From: Calditrichaceae bacterium
GTDB taxonomy: Bacteria > Calditrichota > Calditrichia > Calditrichales > JBFXGD01
Length of the DNA: 64,000 nt
Reading direction: 5' to 3'
Assembly (NCBI GenBank): GCA_050173015.1
Contig: JBFXLE010000007.1
Span: 96,001 to 160,000, forward strand
Position 1 is the stretch's first letter. The number at the start of each line of letters is the position of its first letter. The notes beneath the pieces were generated by a model, which was not told the origin of the DNA, searched no databases, and worked only from the letters and a program-made list of their open reading frames with translations. Shown here one piece after another: positions 1 to 9,400 of the stretch. The position numbers were made by a program, and so were the translations under genes.

Positions 1-1
1 C

Positions 2-265
2 GAAGAAATCATTTCGCTTCATATTCCTGAACTACATAAAATCGCCCTAAAGTCCAACACGAACAAAAAATCGGCGAGATATAACTCTGTATTCGAAATT
101 AGCATCGATAAAAAAGGCGTGGTTACATACGTGCGTATCGTTAAGAGCGGCATTCACGATGCCGGCCTTAGAAAAAAACTTCGTGATTTCATATACAGCT
201 GGAATGATTTTCCTGAACGAACCGCTCCTGAGACACTTAAAGTTACATTTAAATTTGATATGTAA
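2..265 (+). CDS. 3' end of a gene running in from outside the window; C-terminal domain resembles TonB-C / AgmX-PglI C-terminal domain
   Basis: Not in the ORF track (no start codon in window). Frame 2 is open from base 2 to TAA at 263-265 and reads EEIISLHIPELHKIALK...NSVFEISIDKKGVVTYVRIVKSGIHDAGLRKKLRDFIYSWNDFPERTAPETLKVTFKFDM*, which has the TonB-C pattern (F-x-I-x-x-x-G-x-V-x-x-V-x-I-x-x-S, helix ending in W-x-x-F-P, terminal beta strand). Converges on the 268 gene. Confidence 0.6.
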   Translation, partial: EEIISLHIPELHKIALKSNTNKKSARYNSVFEISIDKKGVVTYVRIVKSGIHDAGLRKKLRDFIYSWNDFPERTAPETLKVTFKFDM

Positions 266-267
266 CA

Positions 268-1128
268 CTACCGAAGCGATTCGGAACTCGCCGGGTCAAC
301 CGGCATCACCGGAACCGCGGTATAAACGAACAAAAACCGCTCAAGCAGTTCACCCAAAACCAGAAACATTCCTATAAAATAAAAACTCTCAATCTTGCCC
401 AGAAAGTGGTATGCCACATATATTAACGGGATGAATAAACCTATAATTATGCGCAGGGCAAAAAGAAAATTATGCTGCATCATCATAATTCGGGCTGTCT
501 GATATGTCTCGGCAGAACGTTTGGTTAAAAATTTAAACCGCGCGTAGATAATCAGAATTTCAAGCAGAAGTACGGTTAGAATCATATTCGCGATCAAATT
601 CTGCATTTCCGGCCCCCTGAACACCCAAATCAAGGCAGAAATACCCGTTTTCGCCAAACCCGCCATAATATTTGTCGCCGTTGTCGGATGTCTCCACGCG
701 GGCAAACCGTCTTTGACCAAAGCGTCCTGGAATCTATAAAACAGATAAATCCCATATCCCGCTGCCGCCAATTCTACTATTTTGATATTTATTCCCGCTT
801 TATTGAAGAGATAAAAACCATACATAAAAAGGATCAGAACACTAAATCCGTAAAATGTGGGCCGTAATTTTATAGCCCATTCAAACCTTGTCAGCTTTTC
901 GACATTCGACTGGTATAAAATCCCGACCGGCGTGATGATCAGAGTCGCGAATCCGGCTAAAAACAACAGCGCCTGATAATAAGAACCTATAATTTCAGGA
1001 TTTATTTTTACCCGCGAATATATCACAAAAAACAATGTGACAAATCCACCGACGGCAAGGATAAATGCGTTACTGAAGAGAAACAACCAATTTTTAGCGA
1101 ATCTTTCATTTAGGTCCATATTATTCAT
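268..1128 (-). CDS. Polytopic membrane protein, DmsC/NrfD-like anchor subunit
   Basis: About 8 hydrophobic segments; LPAWRHPTT and C-terminal GELLERFLF motifs resemble the DmsC family. The ATG at 1128 overlaps the upstream stop and is preferred to the track start at 1143. Confidence 0.55.
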   Translation of the reverse strand: MNNMDLNERFAKNWLFLFSNAFILAVGGFVTLFFVIYSRVKINPEIIGSYYQALLFLAGFATLIITPVGILYQSNVEKLTRFEWAIKLRPTFYGFSVLILFMYGFYLFNKAGINIKIVELAAAGYGIYLFYRFQDALVKDGLPAWRHPTTATNIMAGLAKTGISALIWVFRGPEMQNLIANMILTVLLLEILIIYARFKFLTKRSAETYQTARIMMMQHNFLFALRIIIGLFIPLIYVAYHFLGKIESFYFIGMFLVLGELLERFLFVYTAVPVMPVDPASSESLR

Positions 1129-2392
1129 GTATAATTCTCTCAAGAAAATGGCGGAAATTATCAGTTAAATTCTTTCTGGAGTACTTTTCAATGCCATTGA
1201 ATGTAAATTCCGGAATCAACTTGGTCCACTCCGCCAGCACTCGCGCGATTTCACTGATTCTGCTGGGAGGAATAACTCTGCCAGAATTTGTTTTGACAAT
1301 TAAATCGGCCGCTTCTCCGGTTTCAGGAACAAGCGCGAGAATCGGTTTACGAAGCCTTAGATATTCGTACACTTTACCACCGATAGTCATATCACTTTTG
1401 GAGTACTTATCATCCAGAATGAAACAACAAGCATCCATTCCGCTCAAAAGCTCAAGACAGTTCTTATGTTCCTGATAGCCCCATTCTTTAATATTTGACT
1501 CAATCCCATATTTTTTCGCAAGGGTCTTTAATGAAATCATTGATTTACCGATGTGGTGGAACTGTATTTTACGGATTTTTTCCGGATATTTTTTTTCAAC
1601 CAACGCAATCGCCTTAAAAAGATTCTCCGGATTATTGATATGGGAATAAAAAGTCCCGGAAAACGCAAGATTAAAATAACCATCATCCAGATTTACAGGG
1701 GAGAGAGAATCAAAATCCTCCTCATCAAACCCGTTCGGAATAGTCTCCCAGTTTGCCGCGTCAAATCCCGGGATTGTGTTTTGATAATTATCAACAAGAG
1801 ATTTATAGGCGGCAACACCATATTTAACGCGAGAGATACTATCCAACTCGTATTTGTAATCCATTTTAAAGTGAAATGGTGTGGGGTGTATCTTATACGG
1901 ATTCATTGTCCAGGGATCACGCATATCCAAAATCACAGGTAAACTGACTTCCTGAGTTAACTCGGCCGCCAGAATTGCCAGTGAATACGGAGGGGCGGTT
2001 ATCAAAATACAATCATATTTTTTTTGATTAATTTCAGTCAGGATTGCATTTTTGGCGGGTGCAATCCAATCCTTTCTCATATCCGGAATATAATAAAAAG
2101 CGCTGAGCCATCGTTTCCAATATGAAGCATCCTTGAGAAAAGGAAGATTTTTCAAAACCTGTTTTTCAATGACAGGAAGATTATTTAACACACGTATAAT
2201 CTCAACTTCACCCGGAATTTCCTGTAGAAGCGAGTAATCAGACGGAACACTCTCCAACTGATCTCCCGCGGTCACAACAGAGAAGTTCCAGTCATCCCGT
2301 GAAAGGTACTTTATGAGTTTCAGGATTCTTTGAACCCCTCCGCCGCCTAAGGGTGCAAAATAATAAGAAACAATCAGACACCGTTTATCCAA
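1121..2392 (-). CDS. Glycosyltransferase family 4 (GT-B) protein
   Basis: N-terminal YYFAPLGGGGVQR, DMRDPW, IPNGFD and C-terminal GKVYEYLRLRKPIL motifs. Confidence 0.85.
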   Translation of the reverse strand: MDKRCLIVSYYFAPLGGGGVQRILKLIKYLSRDDWNFSVVTAGDQLESVPSDYSLLQEIPGEVEIIRVLNNLPVIEKQVLKNLPFLKDASYWKRWLSAFYYIPDMRKDWIAPAKNAILTEINQKKYDCILITAPPYSLAILAAELTQEVSLPVILDMRDPWTMNPYKIHPTPFHFKMDYKYELDSISRVKYGVAAYKSLVDNYQNTIPGFDAANWETIPNGFDEEDFDSLSPVNLDDGYFNLAFSGTFYSHINNPENLFKAIALVEKKYPEKIRKIQFHHIGKSMISLKTLAKKYGIESNIKEWGYQEHKNCLELLSGMDACCFILDDKYSKSDMTIGGKVYEYLRLRKPILALVPETGEAADLIVKTNSGRVIPPSRISEIARVLAEWTKLIPEFTFNGIEKYSRKNLTDNFRHFLERIIHE

Positions 2393-3024
2393 TTCTGTCG
2401 TTCCAGTTCCTTAATTGGTTGATAAATTATATTAAAATCATCTTCATTATTTTCAAAATCTCTGTGGGTGGTATCTATAGTCACTACTCTCAGGCCCGCT
2501 GTCTTAGCCCTTTCTATCCAGGCGTCATACGCTTCATTCAGTCGGGCAAGATATTTTGGATCGATGGTTTGTTCATAATCCCTGCCTCTTTTTTGAATAT
2601 GCTGAATCAGACGTTCTACGGGTGATTTCAGATATACAATCAGATCAGGCTGCCTCAGATAACTGACCATTATCGAGAACAAATCCCTGTAATTACTATA
2701 ATCTTTATCAGACATGAATCCCTGTTTATGGAGCGTGTAGGCAAAAATCTCCACATCTTCATAGATAGACCGATCCTGAATACAGGAATCAGGCCATTCC
2801 GTAATTTCCTTTTGACTTCTGAAGCGATTTGACAGAAAAAACACCTGCAAATGAAAACTCCACCTGTTCATATCTTTGTAAAAATCTGACAGATATGGAT
2901 TGTCAATTACCTTCTCAAAATATGCTTTCCAGCCTAATTTTTCGCTTAACATTTTCGTTAATGTTGTTTTCCCAACTCCGATATTTCCCGCTATCGCGAC
3001 AAATAGCTTTCTTTTCTCCGGCAA
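2374..3024 (-). CDS. Deoxynucleoside kinase (dAK/dCK/dGK family)
   Basis: P-loop AGNIGVGKTT, DRSIYED and lid RGRDYE motifs. Confidence 0.92.
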   Translation of the reverse strand: MPEKRKLFVAIAGNIGVGKTTLTKMLSEKLGWKAYFEKVIDNPYLSDFYKDMNRWSFHLQVFFLSNRFRSQKEITEWPDSCIQDRSIYEDVEIFAYTLHKQGFMSDKDYSNYRDLFSIMVSYLRQPDLIVYLKSPVERLIQHIQKRGRDYEQTIDPKYLARLNEAYDAWIERAKTAGLRVVTIDTTHRDFENNEDDFNIIYQPIKELERQNWINGV

Positions 3025-3043
3025 CGTTCCTGTCTCCTGTGTT

Positions 3044-3973
3044 TCAATTATTTACGGACTTTTCTAATCCATTATATTTATTCATGCTTTTTTTAAATCT
3101 TGACGGCAGACGTTCCAGGTTATGTCCGTACTGACCGGTAACCCATGAAGCCATTCCGCTCGCGAAATTCGCGCTTTTTCTCACATTTCCGGTCCTTATC
3201 AGCGCCGCCAGAAATGCTCCATGGAATACATCTCCCGCATTTGTCATATCTTTCACCCAAGAATTTTTATGGGCGGGGACACTATAATATTGCCCTTCAT
3301 GCAGAAATATACTTCCTTCACCGCCAAGGGTGATCCCCGCTATCTTGACACCCATTCCGGCCAGATACCTTAGAAACTCTTTGGGCTCAAGATTGCTGTC
3401 AACCTGACTCATCATGTCATCAGACACGATAACAGCTCTGACATCTTTTACTATTTTTTCCCATTCCGGCCGTTTACTTCCAATGTCAAGAAACAATCCG
3501 GTGTCATTACGTAAGGATTCTGACTTTAAATTCAGTGTTAACTCAAAATCCCTGCCATCGGTGTATATCCAACGAGTATTCCCGGTAACTTTTTTTAGAT
3601 GTGATTTAGATAGAACGGGTAATATTAACGGCTGTTCTAAAATCACCGTTCTTTCACCCGTCTTCCGATCAATTATTATCACCGCATTGGGCAACGGTAC
3701 TTTTTTACGAATGGATGAATCATTTACTGCTTTTAACCCGGCCCCGGTTGTATATTTTTCAAAAAAATCCGGATTTTCTTTATAAGCGCTCAGCGGTATT
3801 CCCCAGGCAGATTTTAATCCTAAAGATGACATCGTCAGCAATCCAACGGCTGCCGGTCCGCCTAACTGTTCATGCCATTCATAACCATACATTTTACGAT
3901 TCGGCACAGGAAATTCATCAACCTTTATTAATCGGTCGTGAGTAAGAAGCCCGAATCCCACGCAGTCAAACAT
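3044..3973 (-). CDS. PfkB/ribokinase-family carbohydrate kinase
   Basis: N-terminal GGPAA, ITLGGEGS, C-terminal DMTNAGDVFHGAF (variant of DTxGAGD). Confidence 0.85.
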   Translation of the reverse strand: MFDCVGFGLLTHDRLIKVDEFPVPNRKMYGYEWHEQLGGPAAVGLLTMSSLGLKSAWGIPLSAYKENPDFFEKYTTGAGLKAVNDSSIRKKVPLPNAVIIIDRKTGERTVILEQPLILPVLSKSHLKKVTGNTRWIYTDGRDFELTLNLKSESLRNDTGLFLDIGSKRPEWEKIVKDVRAVIVSDDMMSQVDSNLEPKEFLRYLAGMGVKIAGITLGGEGSIFLHEGQYYSVPAHKNSWVKDMTNAGDVFHGAFLAALIRTGNVRKSANFASGMASWVTGQYGHNLERLPSRFKKSMNKYNGLEKSVNN

Positions 3974-3998
3974 CAATTTTAAATATCCGGTAAAAACA

Positions 3999-4892
3999 TT
4001 AAACAGCCATAACTAAGTTAAGGATTATCGGATAAATATCCAAAAGGGATTTAGGCATTTGCCCATGAAGAATTTCGGATTTTCCCCAAAATGCGGCATA
4101 GGCCGGATTAAAAGTGTGAGACTTGACGGATAAATCTTCAATATTTCCGTGATCACTGATGACAATTACTGCTGTCCTGCTCAAATCTATTATTTCCAGA
4201 ATGCGCGTAATAAATTTTTCCAATTGCGTCAAAATACCGACAGACATCTTCATATCTTTTTTGTGTCCCGCCTTATCTGTCAGGAAATACTCAAACAGTG
4301 TTAAATCATTCTCATCTGAAAGACGCGCCAAATTTTCAGCCGCCTTCTCCACTGTTACTACATCAACTTCAAAACCCATATTCTGAATGATCTCATTTGT
4401 GATATCGTGATAAAGAGCCCGGTGATTCTTTAGATCATCGAACTGCTTAAAAGGAAGTCCGGCACTCTGATTCATAATGATGGTGGCGGAGAGGCTGCTC
4501 CCGCTAAATATTCCAGGAGTAGTAAAAAAGACCGGTCTGAACGCGTTTACAAAAGAACTTCGGAAATTTCGGTTTGAAAGGTCTTTAAAGATAGATTTTT
4601 GTGCCAGCAATTCTCTCAGAGCGGCATTTGGAGCGCGGAACAAGTGATATCCCAACAGACCGGCAGCATTTACCCCGGTATAAATTGATGTCTGACCGGT
4701 GGCGCTCTGCGGCAATCCCTGAACGCCGAGGCACGCGTCGAGGCCTATAGAATATCCATCATGCGGTTGTTGTTTTAAATCGGTATCCCGGAAATGATTA
4801 AAAATTCCTGTTTTTAAGTGACAGCAAGGATTTTTTTTATCATCATTTTCACCGGTACCGAGTCCGTCAATAAATATCAGAAGGACTTTCAC
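3999..4892 (-). CDS. Alkaline-phosphatase-superfamily metalloenzyme (phosphopentomutase / iPGM-like)
   Basis: Metal-ligand motifs FIDGLG, PQSATGQT (putative Ser nucleophile), TDKAGH, SDHGN and SHT; GTG start overlaps the upstream stop. Confidence 0.75.
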   Translation of the reverse strand: MKVLLIFIDGLGTGENDDKKNPCCHLKTGIFNHFRDTDLKQQPHDGYSIGLDACLGVQGLPQSATGQTSIYTGVNAAGLLGYHLFRAPNAALRELLAQKSIFKDLSNRNFRSSFVNAFRPVFFTTPGIFSGSSLSATIIMNQSAGLPFKQFDDLKNHRALYHDITNEIIQNMGFEVDVVTVEKAAENLARLSDENDLTLFEYFLTDKAGHKKDMKMSVGILTQLEKFITRILEIIDLSRTAVIVISDHGNIEDLSVKSHTFNPAYAAFWGKSEILHGQMPKSLLDIYPIILNLVMAV

Positions 4893-6358
4893 CTAAATTC
4901 AAAGAAAAGATTGGTAGAAAAACGTACTTTTTTGCCGTCCACCGTTCCGGATTTAAAAACAAATTTTTCTGCGGCTTCAACAGAGAGCCTGTCGTAGTAG
5001 GCATTCAGACCTTTTAAAACCTGAGCTGATTCAACGAGTCCATTCTTACCTATAACCACGCGGACGATGACCTTGCCCTTTTCCCCCATCCCAAGTGTTT
5101 TATTTGAAACTTGAGGAGCATGTGTTTTTAAGGCCACCTTTTTGTTGTCCAGGAATGGCTCCAGAAAAACCTGATCATAGTCAATGGACGAAACTTCCGT
5201 TTTCTCTTCTACAGGTGCTTTTGGTACTAATTTTTCGGTCGTAAGGGCAATAGGTGTTGTTTCCGGTTTAATTTCTACCTTTGGCGTATCTATGACATCG
5301 GGATCAGAAATATTTTGCTGCTTTTCCGAATTAGTTTTATCCTTAACCGTTACATCCCGGGCGAGTGTCGCCGCTGCGGCCGGCTTGTCGGTTTTTACGC
5401 TTTCCGCTGAAGTCTGAGTTTTCTGCGGTTCTGATTTTTCTTCCGTCTGATTGGTATTCTGAGATAATAACAAAAACTCCTGCAGGTTCCTATTAGCGCC
5501 AAGTATAGGATCTACATCAATTGAACCGAATTTACTCTCGTTGTTGTTATCGTACAGCTTTACAGCAAGCTCATTCCTGCCGGTAAACGTGCCCCAGGAA
5601 TTATTTTCAGCTTTGATCGGTAAGTTGGAATGATTGTAAACTTCATATTCAGTGTTATCAAAAATTCTGTTCTGCCCCGGATTATGGTTCGAATCTTTCT
5701 GAATTGAACCTAGATTTGGTTGAGACAGACTAAATATCACAACGCCAATTTGATTCAAAGTAATTAAATTATCTGACAAAACCGGTTTTGCTCCAAGATT
5801 ACAGATCAATCCCGCATACCCATTTTCACTTAATATATTTTTGTAGATTTTGGGATTCGCTTTGACCTCAGCGCTGATACCCGCGTTAAAATTAAAGCGA
5901 ATCTGAGAATTTCTAATCTGTGGATCACTTTTTTTCACCGTTATACCATTGTAGGCATATTCAATCACGGCATACTCAACAATCGAAACCTGTTTGGGAT
6001 TAAGTATTGTAATTCCGTACCAATCGCCCATTCTGGGTTCATCGCTGTTTGAAGAAAACGAAATCTTATTGCTTATATCACCCTTTGCCATCAGGATACC
6101 TTCTATAATCAGCTCACTCCGTGTCTTATCATTTCCGGCTCTGAGTTTATCCTTATTAGGGGCGAATAATATTTTTGTTCCGGGGGCAATATCAAGCCGG
6201 GCCGAAGAAACTACCGTCACATCGCCTTCAATAACAACCGTCCCGCTCCAGACAGTGTTTTCAGTAATCTTTCCTCCTGTAAGAACTGTATTCTGGGCAT
6301 GTAACAGACCTGAAAAAATTAGAATTACAAAAACTATCAATCCATAAATCTTGCTCAT
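4889..6358 (-). CDS. Exported protein: right-handed parallel beta-helix domain + low-complexity linker + TonB C-terminal domain
   Basis: Signal peptide (..SGLLHA/QN), ITENTVWSG and GDWYGI plus Asn-ladder repeats (NGI, NAGI, NQIGV), T/E/K/P-rich linker, C-terminal GKVIVRVVIGKNGLVESAQVLKG...SVEAAEKFVFKSG...FEF. Confidence 0.75.
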   Translation of the reverse strand: MSKIYGLIVFVILIFSGLLHAQNTVLTGGKITENTVWSGTVVIEGDVTVVSSARLDIAPGTKILFAPNKDKLRAGNDKTRSELIIEGILMAKGDISNKISFSSNSDEPRMGDWYGITILNPKQVSIVEYAVIEYAYNGITVKKSDPQIRNSQIRFNFNAGISAEVKANPKIYKNILSENGYAGLICNLGAKPVLSDNLITLNQIGVVIFSLSQPNLGSIQKDSNHNPGQNRIFDNTEYEVYNHSNLPIKAENNSWGTFTGRNELAVKLYDNNNESKFGSIDVDPILGANRNLQEFLLLSQNTNQTEEKSEPQKTQTSAESVKTDKPAAAATLARDVTVKDKTNSEKQQNISDPDVIDTPKVEIKPETTPIALTTEKLVPKAPVEEKTEVSSIDYDQVFLEPFLDNKKVALKTHAPQVSNKTLGMGEKGKVIVRVVIGKNGLVESAQVLKGLNAYYDRLSVEAAEKFVFKSGTVDGKKVRFSTNLFFEFR

Positions 6359-6438
6359 AGCAATTCCATTTAATATAAATCAACAAAATTAATGTATCAC
6401 ATTTCCAAACGGTTTCGGCTGATTCACCTAAAGCGAGA

Positions 6439-9400
6439 TCAGCTTCCGATTTCTATAAAATCAGACAACACACGAATGAGATCACTCTCCTTGAATGGCT
6501 TAACCAGAAAAGCGTTGGCGCCGATCTCCTCACCCTCCTGCTGTTGAGACATTCCGGCCCTGCCTGTCAAAATGACAATCGGTAAACCTTCATATTTTTT
6601 ATTTTTCCGTATCGACTTAATCAGCTCGAACCCATGCATTTTGGGCATTTCAAGATCAGTAATCATCAGATCAATTTTCTCTGATTTAATTTTAGTCAAC
6701 GCGTCTTCGCCGTTGTTTGATTTAACAATAGTGAAATTGTGCTTTTCTAAAACCGAGCCTACGAAATTTCTAACACTGCTTGAATCATCTACGATTAAAA
6801 TTTGCGGCTTTCGTGATGATATTTTTTTCTTTTTGATTTCTTTCTTTACCGCTTTTCTTTTTTTCGCGGGTTTTGGTTTTTTAATTTTTTCAGCTTCCGG
6901 GATAGTAACTCTGGTTTTACGACCTGAGTATTTGTCAGCGATACTCCCGAAAAACTGAAGTTCTGCCGTCCGGATCACCGCGGAATAATCAAGAATCAAT
7001 GCGACTTCGCCATTACCTAATATGGTGCCTCCGGATACATATTCAACATTCTGCAAATGGGAGCCAAGAGTTTTAATGACAATCTCCAGTCTTCCAATAA
7101 TTTCATCCACACCCAGAGCGATGCTCACTCCCGCGTCATGAAGTACTACCGCGTTGAATTTATTTTGCCCGCTCTCTTCCTTTTTAAATTCGAGCAATTT
7201 ATCTATTTCCAGATAGGGGAGTAGTTTGCCTCTGATTTTTATATACGTTTTTTCCCCTTCAAGAATCAAGTCCTTTTGATCAAACCGAATCGATTCCTGA
7301 ATCGCGATCATCGGTATGGCTACTATTTGTCCGGCGGTCCGTATCATAATCGCCTGCGAGATAATGAGCGTCAGCGGTACACGAATACTAAAGGTAGTCC
7401 CGACATTTTTTTCGGTTTTAATACGAATATTGCCCTTCAGTTTCTGAATTTCATTAGCAACAACATCCATCCCGATACCTCTACCGGAAATTTCATTCGC
7501 CTGATCTCGGGTACTGAATCCCGGATAGAAAATATAATCGAGAATTTCAGCTTCACTTAATTGATCAACCTCTTTACGATCGGCCATTTTTTTGCTGATA
7601 ATCTTCGACTTGATTTTCCCGAGATCTATTCCCTGCCCATCATCCTCAACTTCAACGACAACCTGATTCCTCTCCTGACGGGCCCGCAGATAAAGATTAC
7701 CCGATTCGCTTTTTTTTAACTTTTTACGATCTTTCGGCAACTCAATCCCATGATCAATCGCGTTTCTGATAATATGCATCAGCGGATCGCTCAAAGCTTC
7801 CACCATCGCCCGGTCAAGATCGACGTCCTGTTCTGCAATAACCAGATTTATCTTTTTATTCTGTGATTTAGCCAGATCCCGGACAGCGCGCGGATAACGG
7901 TTAAACAGGTATTCAATGGGAACCATCCTTGCTTTAAGGATATCTCCGTGAAGCTGTTTGCTTAGATTTGAAATTCTACCTACACTTTGTTCAACTCCCT
8001 GAGTGAGCCTGTTTAAATCAAGTGAGACAGTACTCACAGTTTTAAGAATATCCTTAAAATTCCCGGAAAGGATCTTTAGATTATCCATCTGTTCAGGGTC
8101 AAAACTTTTTAATCCCCCATCAGTAAGCACATCTTCTTCTACCACTTCCTCAACGATATCTTCGGATGAATATATTTTTTTCTTTCCGCTTTCAATGTCG
8201 GAAATGATTTTCTTAAATGTATCCAGATATGTGCTGAGTTGCGTTTGGTTAATTACTAAATCCGCAGCCATATCCACCAACTTATCCAGATAATCCGTGC
8301 TCACACGAATATTTTTTTCTTCTTCCTTTATTCCTTCTGAACGTTTTGCCGGTACCTTAGCGGCAGGTATTTCCGCGACTCTCAATTCATCCGGTAGTTC
8401 CTCCATATTTTGATAGAGGAATAATTTATTATCCAGCTCAGAAATCCTTGCCAGGTAAAGCGGAACATTCTCCCCTTCCCCTCTCTGAATTGATGCAAGA
8501 AGATCCTGTATTAAATCGATCGCGGTGAAGGCGGGATTTAGCATTTCACTCTTTGAACCACCTTTTTTTAATTTATAAAGCTGAAAATAATCCTCCAGCT
8601 TGTGGCTGACTTCCCCGATACGACTATAAGTGCTCATTAACGAGCTTCCTTTGAGTGTATGCACATTTCGGAGTACGTCGGCCATGATCGTGTCACTTTC
8701 GGGCATTTTTTCCAGTTCAAGAAGCTCTTTGTTAAGATCTTCGATCAGTTGACCGGCTTCTTCAAGAAATATTTCTTTGATACTATCCGGAACCGTCTCC
8801 GGTTCTTCATTCTCGATCGGCTCTTCCGATAGTTCCGTCTTAAAACTCTTCACGTCTATCGAGTCGAGCAACCCTTCAAGATCACTTTTGCTTATCTTTT
8901 CTCCACTACTTAATCTGCTTATATAATCAACGGCAAGCGTGATATTTTCCTGAAGCCCGGAATCAATTTCTATTTCATTGTTCCGCACAGATTCAACCAT
9001 TGATTCGAGACTTTCCGCTATATGAGAAATGTCTTCGAAACCCATCATTCTGGCAGATAATTTCAATGAATGGGAGGCATTCTCCAATTCATTAAGCGCG
9101 TTTTTGTCCTTTGGTTTTTTCTTGATTTTTTCATGCGACTTATTAATTGTCGCGAGGAAAGTCCTGGCCTCATCCTGAAAGATCTCAACCAGTTCAGTAT
9201 CTGTGTCCTTGCTACTAGAAAACAAAGGCTTCTCATCGTCTGATTCTTCAATCGTGATCTTTTCCGCGGTTTCAGAAACTTCTGAGGACTCCCCATCGAC
9301 GATTTCTATCTTATCAAGCGTATTCTGAAGCATTTCCATTGTCGTTTCAGTTTCAGTCTCCGGATTTTTAATAAGGGCTTCGAGTGAATTGAAACCGTCA

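Noticed and set aside
47-377. Track ORFs 47..268 (-) and 159..377 (+)
   Set aside because: No recognisable motifs; they overlap the better-supported plus-strand frame 2..265 and the DmsC-like gene.
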